From: a virus
Lineage: Duplodnaviria > Caudoviricetes
DNA: 64,000 nucleotides
Reading direction: 5' to 3' (one strand)
IMG/VR virus record: IMGVR_UViG_3300027804_002812
Location: 160,001-224,000 of that record
Positions 57,508 to 64,000 of this stretch are shown here, one piece after another (the first letter of the stretch is position 1; each line of letters opens with the position of its first letter). The translations under genes were made by a program, and so were the position numbers. The notes below the pieces were generated by a model that was not told the origin of the DNA, ran no database searches, and was given only the letters and a program-made list of their open reading frames with translations.

Positions 57508-58255
57508 GTTTTTTATTCATGTAAGTTATTAAATTATCCGCCCACCATTCACAAATTGGATACGTTGGATGTCCGTTATTTTCATTACCATCAAAATCTT
57601 TATGATTGTTCATTGCGACAAACATATTACCTAAATCAGAGAAAAAAGTATCATCATTCAAAATACTTTTCCTCACATTTGAATCGAATAATTGTAAAGA
57701 TGCTTTAATACAATTCACATCCTTTTCATAATCGGGAAGATAATCCATAATTGACCCTATACCCTCAAACATTACGAAATCAATATTTTTCGATATTAAA
57801 TAGTTTTTTACCAATATCATGTAATGGATTGTTCGGAGTATATTTTCTTGATAATCCCACCAAATTGAGTTAAAAAACTTTTCGTTTTTTTCAAAAACAT
57901 CTTTATCTTCAAATTTTATCCAAGGGATTGAATAGGTTTGTCCCTTGAAAATATCCGAATTAACTACATTATATAATTTATCATCACTGTTCCAAACCTC
58001 TCTTCTGACTGATTGACTCCATTGAATTCCAACACAAATATCCGTCATATCATTATTTTCACAATAAGAAATACATTGAGACATTATTGTATAATTTGTT
58101 GAGCCCGGCATCCCGACAGGAATTTTTTCACAACCAAGTCGTTTAGCCAATGAATCTCCCCAAGAATAATCTTTAGTAAAATTATCTCCTTGAGTAAATG
58201 AACATCCACAAACTAAAAGTGATTTATATTTTTTTGAAGGATTGATTAATCCCAT
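57497..58255 (-). CDS. SGNH/GDSL-like protein
   Basis: CGCSF, GSTN and GHPT motifs. Confidence 0.68.
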   Translation of the reverse strand: MGLINPSKKYKSLLVCGCSFTQGDNFTKDYSWGDSLAKRLGCEKIPVGMPGSTNYTIMSQCISYCENNDMTDICVGIQWSQSVRREVWNSDDKLYNVVNSDIFKGQTYSIPWIKFEDKDVFEKNEKFFNSIWWDYQENILRTIHYMILVKNYLISKNIDFVMFEGIGSIMDYLPDYEKDVNCIKASLQLFDSNVRKSILNDDTFFSDLGNMFVAMNNHKDFDGNENNGHPTYPICEWWADNLITYMNKKHGL

Positions 58256-58269
58256 ATTATGTGATTGAT

Positions 58270-58971
58270 TTAATTGAAAAATTTATTTAACAAGTATCTA
58301 CCAAAATGTAAATTCATTTTGTAACTCCAATGAAAATCCCCTTCTAATCCATAACAACCATCTGTGGATAAAAAAACATCTTGATGAGTTTCCCAAAATC
58401 CAATGTTATCCTCCAAGGTATTTCTATCTTCTATTTTTTGAGATTTGATGTCCATGTTATCCCAAGAAAATACGTAAGTTCTACATTTTGTCAATTCGAT
58501 CAAGGATTCAATAACTTCGATTGTTGTTTTTTGATTTGAGATTGACGTATTAATAATTTCTTGGTGAGATAGTTCGTTTTCAAAGTATTTCCAAGAGTAT
58601 TCCTGACCCCAAAATTCTAAAGATGTGTAATCATTATTGTATGATGGAGTCCCCACAAATCGAGTATAAAGTATATCCTCGTCAATTTTTGATTGAGTGT
58701 AGTGGTTTTCCAAAAGTGGTAATCTAGTTCGTCTGAAGTATGGGAGACAAATGATTAAAAAATCATCTTCCTTCAAATTTTTAATAACTCGAATCCAATT
58801 TTCGATTATTGTTTGCACGTCTCGGCTAGGGAAAGAATCAACTATTACCCGATAATCAACAAGTTTATCTTTTAATACATCGGGCCAAAAATTCTTGGAT
58901 TCATTTGGTTGGGGTTCAACCCAATCCATTCTTCCGCAAAAACTATCACCAATTATTATTATTTTATTCAT
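58270..58971 (-). CDS. SGNH/GDSL-like protein
   Basis: IGDSF and DFHWS motifs. Confidence 0.65.
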   Translation of the reverse strand: MNKIIIIGDSFCGRMDWVEPQPNESKNFWPDVLKDKLVDYRVIVDSFPSRDVQTIIENWIRVIKNLKEDDFLIICLPYFRRTRLPLLENHYTQSKIDEDILYTRFVGTPSYNNDYTSLEFWGQEYSWKYFENELSHQEIINTSISNQKTTIEVIESLIELTKCRTYVFSWDNMDIKSQKIEDRNTLEDNIGFWETHQDVFLSTDGCYGLEGDFHWSYKMNLHFGRYLLNKFFN

Positions 58972-59675
58972 CAGATTAATTTGTCTTTGATATGAGAATA
59001 AAAAATTTCACCTAAAATTCGATGCCCACTTTCTCCGAAGTGTAAATCTTTTATCAGTCCATTAGTTTCTTCCAATAATCTTTGTCCTTTTCTTCTAAAA
59101 ACTTCGTCAAATATTGTTTCTCCATTCTTAATATATCCGTTCCCAATATATTTCGATTGTTTATTTATCTTTTCATTTGGATAGATTATTTGATAGTCGG
59201 CAGACCAAAAATATAATTTGAAACCAACTGATTTTGATAACGCTTCAATGATTTTTTCAAAATCATAAATTTGTTCGATATATAATTCGTGAGTACGATT
59301 GATAATAATATTATTGTGTGTGTTTTCCTCAATAATATCAGGTGTCACATTATCAGGACCTAAACTTTGCCAATGATTACCAAGAAAATGGGCCCACCTG
59401 AATCTGATAATATAAGACCATTCGATAATTACAGTATCACTTGAAGTAAATTCGGAACAATGTTTACATACATCCTGAAAGATTTGGTCATTTCCGTTCC
59501 CTCCTCTACCATAGTTAACCAAATCTAAATTTAGTTTATTGGCAAGAACTTGTCCCCAAGTCGGAGGAAAATTATATCCCCTAAACTTATAGTAATCCAA
59601 ATAAAACTGATTCAACCCAGGCCCATGACTAAATTCGGCAGTATAACTACATCCAAACAAAAATAATTTCCCCAT
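58971..59675 (-). CDS. SGNH/GDSL-like protein
   Basis: FGCSY, GNGN and DLHFGESGH motifs. Confidence 0.68.
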   Translation of the reverse strand: MGKLFLFGCSYTAEFSHGPGLNQFYLDYYKFRGYNFPPTWGQVLANKLNLDLVNYGRGGNGNDQIFQDVCKHCSEFTSSDTVIIEWSYIIRFRWAHFLGNHWQSLGPDNVTPDIIEENTHNNIIINRTHELYIEQIYDFEKIIEALSKSVGFKLYFWSADYQIIYPNEKINKQSKYIGNGYIKNGETIFDEVFRRKGQRLLEETNGLIKDLHFGESGHRILGEIFYSHIKDKLI

Positions 59676-59684
59676 ACTTAAAAA

Positions 59685-59888
59685 TTAATACAGCTCTAAT
59701 ATATCTCCCTCCACATCATCGATGTTTCCAGGTGTATCATCATCCCAAGATATTTCAATCCATTTTTGTTCACCCTTCATTTCACTAACTTCTACTGAAA
59801 AAGGATAGATAGCACCTTTATTATCAGTATAATAACCGTAAGAAGTTTTCACGACCATAAAATTTTTTTTATCAATTGTAATCCCCAT
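59685..59888 (-). CDS. Hypothetical protein
   Basis: Short acidic ORF. Confidence 0.5.
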   Translation of the reverse strand: MGITIDKKNFMVVKTSYGYYTDNKGAIYPFSVEVSEMKGEQKWIEISWDDDTPGNIDDVEGDILELY

Positions 59889-59981
59889 ATCTTTTTTTTT
59901 CAAAAATAATAAATTTCAGTTAAAATTCAAAAAAAAACCCAACTATTAATAGTTGGGGGTTTTGATAATATTTTGAGAATC

Positions 59982-60257
59982 TTAAAGTCCTTTTGTTACT
60001 TGGTCTATTTTGTGATTCAACCAAAATAATCCAATGAAATTTCTTCCTGTATTATCTGTGAATCCTTCCCATTGTTCTGGTCCATTTATGCCTTCGATTG
60101 TGATGACATTATCAGGGACTGACATTGCTGGATTGAGGTAGACTATACGAAATTCTCCATCGATACCAGTATTCTTAATTGTCACTTGGTCATTCTCATC
60201 GTTGTACCGAAGAGTTATAAAATTTCCCAATCCGTCAGTTATAGTTTCTTCCACCAT
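59982..60257 (-). CDS. Hypothetical protein
   Basis: TATTTAT upstream. Confidence 0.65.
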   Translation of the reverse strand: MVEETITDGLGNFITLRYNDENDQVTIKNTGIDGEFRIVYLNPAMSVPDNVITIEGINGPEQWEGFTDNTGRNFIGLFWLNHKIDQVTKGL

Positions 60258-60314
60258 TTTATTTTTTAACTATAAATATTCGGGTTATAAGGTTATTTAT
60301 TGAAAAAAGAAAAA

Positions 60315-60959
60315 ATGATATATGTTTTCGGTGATAGTTTTTCAGAAGATACAAAAAACCCCAAAAAATCAACGTACATAGACAAATATTTTGAATATAA
60401 AGGAAGAAGAACCAAATTTTATACGGAACTTTTGTCCGAAAAATTTATCCAACCAATAAAAAATTTTTCAAGGGGAGGAATGGGTAATGATTACATTTTT
60501 TTAGAGTTCATGAAAAACTATAAAAACATTACTAATGGGGATATTGTAATTTTTGGATGGGCGGATATACAAAGAATTTTAATCCCAAATAAGGATATGT
60601 GGTATAGTAATTTACACGGATTCAATATTCTATCCAAAAGTACTCAAGATGAAATTAGGGTAATGAGAATGGATCCGTTATTTACCAAAAGACAATTAGA
60701 AATTATTGAATTCATCGATAATTGTTTATCTGACGATATCACTGTAATTCATTGGACTTGGGCAACCGTACCTCACAAACATTCGTTATCAATTTACACT
60801 GAAACCAAAGGACTTATCGATGATAGTCACTATAGTGAGGAGGGTCACTATGATTTGTATAAAAAAATTTTAGAACAACTTGAATACACGAACAGAGTCA
60901 AAATAAATCTATGGGACCGAATCGATCCTCATGTTGTTGCGGGAATTAATCTTAAATAA
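60315..60959 (+). CDS. SGNH/GDSL-like protein
   Basis: FGDSF, GMGN and DSHYSEEGH motifs. Confidence 0.7.
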   Translation: MIYVFGDSFSEDTKNPKKSTYIDKYFEYKGRRTKFYTELLSEKFIQPIKNFSRGGMGNDYIFLEFMKNYKNITNGDIVIFGWADIQRILIPNKDMWYSNLHGFNILSKSTQDEIRVMRMDPLFTKRQLEIIEFIDNCLSDDITVIHWTWATVPHKHSLSIYTETKGLIDDSHYSEEGHYDLYKKILEQLEYTNRVKINLWDRIDPHVVAGINLK

Positions 60960-61575
60960 GATTACGATTCTTGATATGATTTTCGATTAAATCATTCAAA
61001 TATCTATCCATTTCTTTATTTTCAATTCTAAGTTTGTGCCTTGAATCATAAATGTCTGTTTGAGATTTTAATCCGAGATATTCTTCAATTCTTTTCTGTC
61101 CAGTATTCTCAACGAATATCTCTTCGTATGAAATAAGGAGTCCAACTCCAAGGTCTTTCATCTCTTGATTATCCTTTTCAGAAGATTTCATTGTTCTGAA
61201 AATTTCGGCATAATGAGTATCACAAAATTCTTTTGTTATTTCATAGTACGCATCGAACTTACCATCACTATGTTGAAAACGTTTGCTGACTATTGTATGT
61301 AAATTACTTATTGATTGTTCAAATGTATTTTTTCGATAAAGACAAATGATTTTATCAAAACATTCAAACTTTATTGGTTGTCTATCAGACATCCATTGGT
61401 CACTAACTTCAGTATTATATTTTGGTCTGAAATAAATTTTACGGATAAAATTATCATTGTTTTCATAATCAAATTCTACACTCTCGGCAATAAAAGGAAG
61501 TTTCAATTCTCGAGATAACCACCTACCTAAAGAATGAGAACCAACTCTACCACTAGAATAAATTAAAATTTTCAT
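60952..61575 (-). CDS. Sulfotransferase-like protein (Stf0 type)
   Basis: SSGRVGSHSL (PSB loop), LYRKN.FEQSIS, ISYEEI. Confidence 0.55.
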   Translation of the reverse strand: MKILIYSSGRVGSHSLGRWLSRELKLPFIAESVEFDYENNDNFIRKIYFRPKYNTEVSDQWMSDRQPIKFECFDKIICLYRKNTFEQSISNLHTIVSKRFQHSDGKFDAYYEITKEFCDTHYAEIFRTMKSSEKDNQEMKDLGVGLLISYEEIFVENTGQKRIEEYLGLKSQTDIYDSRHKLRIENKEMDRYLNDLIENHIKNRNLI

Positions 61576-61580
61576 ACAAT

Positions 61581-62390
61581 CTAACCTTTTATAACTCCCA
61601 TTAAATCAACATTTCTTTGATATGGATCCCAACCTAAACTCAACATATCAATTGGTTCATTACTCAAATCTATTTTTTCAGTCCATTCATTGATGAATTC
61701 AATTGTTTTTGGATGTAAATCAATTTTGAATTTCGGTAAAATGAATTCGGTCAAATATGAGAAATGTTCCTTTGGAGTTGGATGTTCTTCCTTGAAGATT
61801 TGTTTGTTTTCCCCATAATAAACTTCAGGTCCAATTCTTTTCAAATCTCTTTTCATAAAATCCATCACGGGAATAGAATGCATTTTCATATCATCACCGT
61901 AATATTCAATAACTTTATTTGTATAGTCGGTAATTTTGTTCGCGTCATTTTCATCTTCCTCCAATTTATTCATTGAAAAAAAATGATAATTACATCCAAT
62001 ACTTTCCAAAATAGTTTTTACCGCAGAAATCATTGCACAGTCCCTGAAATAATAATGAATTGGGTCAACCCACTTTTCATTGAATTCTTTTGGATACACA
62101 TTTTGAGTCAACACATTTCCAGTTGTTTCCCATCCTCTACCCGATATGTACCTATCCTCCCTACATATAGAAGTCCAGCAAAATATAATCAAATCATCTT
62201 TATTGAATTTGAACTTTGCATTCATTTCCATAAATTTTATAAAACTATATTGATTGCTTGAAGCATGCTTTCCCCAATTAACTCCTTTTAACCCATTACT
62301 TTCGAAATGATGAATTAAAAAATCGGCCCAAGTCGGCCACCTGAACGCTGTGAAACTACAACCAAAAGTAAAAACTCTGTTCATAATCAA
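61581..62390 (-). CDS. SGNH/GDSL-like protein
   Basis: FGCSFT..RWPTWAD, ASSN and EHPTPKEH motifs. Confidence 0.65.
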   Translation of the reverse strand: MIMNRVFTFGCSFTAFRWPTWADFLIHHFESNGLKGVNWGKHASSNQYSFIKFMEMNAKFKFNKDDLIIFCWTSICREDRYISGRGWETTGNVLTQNVYPKEFNEKWVDPIHYYFRDCAMISAVKTILESIGCNYHFFSMNKLEEDENDANKITDYTNKVIEYYGDDMKMHSIPVMDFMKRDLKRIGPEVYYGENKQIFKEEHPTPKEHFSYLTEFILPKFKIDLHPKTIEFINEWTEKIDLSNEPIDMLSLGWDPYQRNVDLMGVIKG

Positions 62391-62391
62391 A

Positions 62392-63291
62392 TTATCCCAT
62401 AGATGGAGTCCAATTTAACCCATTTTTTAATGCGACAATTTTTATGTCAACGGATTTCCATTTAGCAAGATTCAAAAAGTTTGAATGGACATCTCCAAAG
62501 AAATTGAATGAAAACACTTCATTTGAATCTGATATGGTTAAGGATTCAACTGCAGCATCTATTGTTCTTTCCTCATATTCACTTTTTCCAAATTCTCCTG
62601 TAAACGGTAATGCTGATAAGTGATTTCCGAATTCTTGTTCGAATGGCAAATCATACATGAAAACATTCGGAGAATTGAACGATTTGATATACTCCTTGAA
62701 TTTATATGAATTGGAACAAATAAATACTTTCCCTTTATTGAATATTATATCCTTGAACTCATCTTCGTGGTCAATATATAAATCAACATTATCCTGATGG
62801 TCTTTCGCTCTGAAATGAAGTGACTTATATTCTTCATTTTTATGAACGTTAGTTTGTTCATACCTCTCTATCACATAGTCAGAGAAAAAATTAACAAATT
62901 TGGGTACTATTACGTCATAGAAGTATAGTCCCAAGCTATTTTTGAAATAATAAAATATTGGTGCATCTTGATTTATAAAAATATCGAACTGGTTAAACCC
63001 AATTTTGTTTTCCCCATTCACATAAAAAAAAGACAAACCATTATAATCAGGATTGGTTATTGCAACATCAGAAACTACAATCTCATCAAATAACGTTTCG
63101 AATAAGGATTTTTTATATAATCTGAAGAAAAAATCTTTATCAAACATTGTACTTTCTTTCATATTCACATGAAGACCAATTTTTGTAAATCCATTTTCTC
63201 TCATTTTATCTACCAAATGAAAATACCTAAACATTCCATTAGTATAGTCACCCAAGCCGGCTCTTACATTATGTTGAATTAAAACTTCCAT
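62392..63291 (-). CDS. GT-B glycosyltransferase, NodZ/fucosyltransferase-like
   Basis: AGLGD, SLHFR..D, VFICSNS, S..SNF. Confidence 0.55.
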   Translation of the reverse strand: MEVLIQHNVRAGLGDYTNGMFRYFHLVDKMRENGFTKIGLHVNMKESTMFDKDFFFRLYKKSLFETLFDEIVVSDVAITNPDYNGLSFFYVNGENKIGFNQFDIFINQDAPIFYYFKNSLGLYFYDVIVPKFVNFFSDYVIERYEQTNVHKNEEYKSLHFRAKDHQDNVDLYIDHEDEFKDIIFNKGKVFICSNSYKFKEYIKSFNSPNVFMYDLPFEQEFGNHLSALPFTGEFGKSEYEERTIDAAVESLTISDSNEVFSFNFFGDVHSNFLNLAKWKSVDIKIVALKNGLNWTPSMG

Positions 63292-63317
63292 GAGAAAATT
63301 ATAAGAAAAATTTTTAA

Positions 63318-63351
63318 TAAAAAAACCCCACCTATATAAGATGGGGTTTAT
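63318..63351 (-). terminator. Intrinsic terminator
   Basis: aaaaaaacccacctatataagatggggttt. Confidence 0.65.
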
Positions 63352-63370
63352 CAAAAAATTTTTTTTTTAA

Positions 63371-63910
63371 TTATGGTTGAAAATCTGGTGTTGCATCGAT
63401 ATCTGCAGCACAACCGAAAGCTTTGAATAATATATCTGAAAGTGCAGGGTTACTTGCACCCATATATCCGTTCGACAATTGATAAGTGCTTGCTTCGGTG
63501 TGTCCTACCCGCTGCATTCCCTTTGCATAAAAAGTTTTGGGGTTTTTACATCCTTTCCATGTTAGTGTATTAATTTTAACCTGTCCAAATTCTAAAGGAC
63601 TTTTATCAACTCCTCTATTATCTACAGCTTTCAAATCTTTTCCTCTCATAATTAGTTGTTCACCAGTGTTATTAGTAGTTGCGTCCTCGATTAAGAAAGT
63701 AGTAAAGACATCTCCAGCTTGGAAGTTTGTTTTCGTGTCAATCCCTTCAGGGTGGAACTTTCCAGTATTAGATGTCAAACCCACCTTTTTTCCGACGATT
63801 TGTTTTTTAATTGCCTCTAAATCAGGAGTTTTTGCTGCAGCTTGTTCTCTGATAACTCTTTTAACCAATCTTGTCAAATCAGATTCGGTCATTCTTATAA
63901 TTTTTTTCAT
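63371..63910 (-). CDS. Hypothetical phage protein (MTESDL...VKRVIREQ motif)
   Basis: N-terminal motif; TATTTAT upstream. Confidence 0.75.
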   Translation of the reverse strand: MKKIIRMTESDLTRLVKRVIREQAAAKTPDLEAIKKQIVGKKVGLTSNTGKFHPEGIDTKTNFQAGDVFTTFLIEDATTNNTGEQLIMRGKDLKAVDNRGVDKSPLEFGQVKINTLTWKGCKNPKTFYAKGMQRVGHTEASTYQLSNGYMGASNPALSDILFKAFGCAADIDATPDFQP

Positions 63911-64000
63911 ATTGTTGTTTCAGTTTATAATAAATATTACAATATTGAAAAAAAATATATCATCACAAAAAAAAAGGGGTTGGGGTTATTAAACCTCAAC

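Noticed and set aside
63537-63992. Plus-strand 151-aa ORF
   Set aside because: Antisense to the motif-bearing gene 63371-63910 and ends in terminator-like sequence.
1-64000. Stop-codon reassignment
   Set aside because: Known genes (thyA, clpP, TBDR, Rnl1) are full length in the standard code, and no suppressor tRNA was found.

Overview
AT-rich, gene-dense segment of a large lytic dsDNA phage (jumbo/huge-phage type), standard genetic code. The host is very likely Bacteroidota: TAnnTTTG -7 promoter boxes, a Bacteroidota-type TonB-dependent receptor, lipoproteins and a Lacal_2735-like gene. No capsid, terminase, polymerase, integrase or cas gene lies in the window. Contents: (i) a TonB-dependent receptor plus lipoprotein pair; (ii) a minus-strand tRNA array (6.6-13.2 kb) with 11 canonical tRNAs, four tRNA-like RNAs with replaced or enlarged arms, several stem-closed spacer RNAs, a trp-style leader-peptide attenuator, a GIY-YIG nuclease, a flanking HNH nuclease and a DNA methylase; (iii) RNA repair and metabolic genes (Rnl1 ligase, HAD phosphatase, metallophosphoesterase, cyclic-phosphate receiver domain, ThyA, ClpP, IscA, NucA-type nuclease); (iv) an envelope operon (CsgG-like protein, cohesin/dockerin protein, beta-barrel-like protein); (v) lysis and peptidoglycan-binding proteins; (vi) a glycan-modification island (nine SGNH-like paralogs, ADP-heptose enzymes, sulfotransferase-like and NodZ-like proteins). 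The most striking unexplained structures are the attenuator whose leader codons match the downstream tRNAs, the constant-scaffold/variable-payload tRNA-like RNAs, and an in-frame 36+30 bp CRISPR-geometry array in the gene at 52534-53190. All family names come from motif recognition, not database searches.
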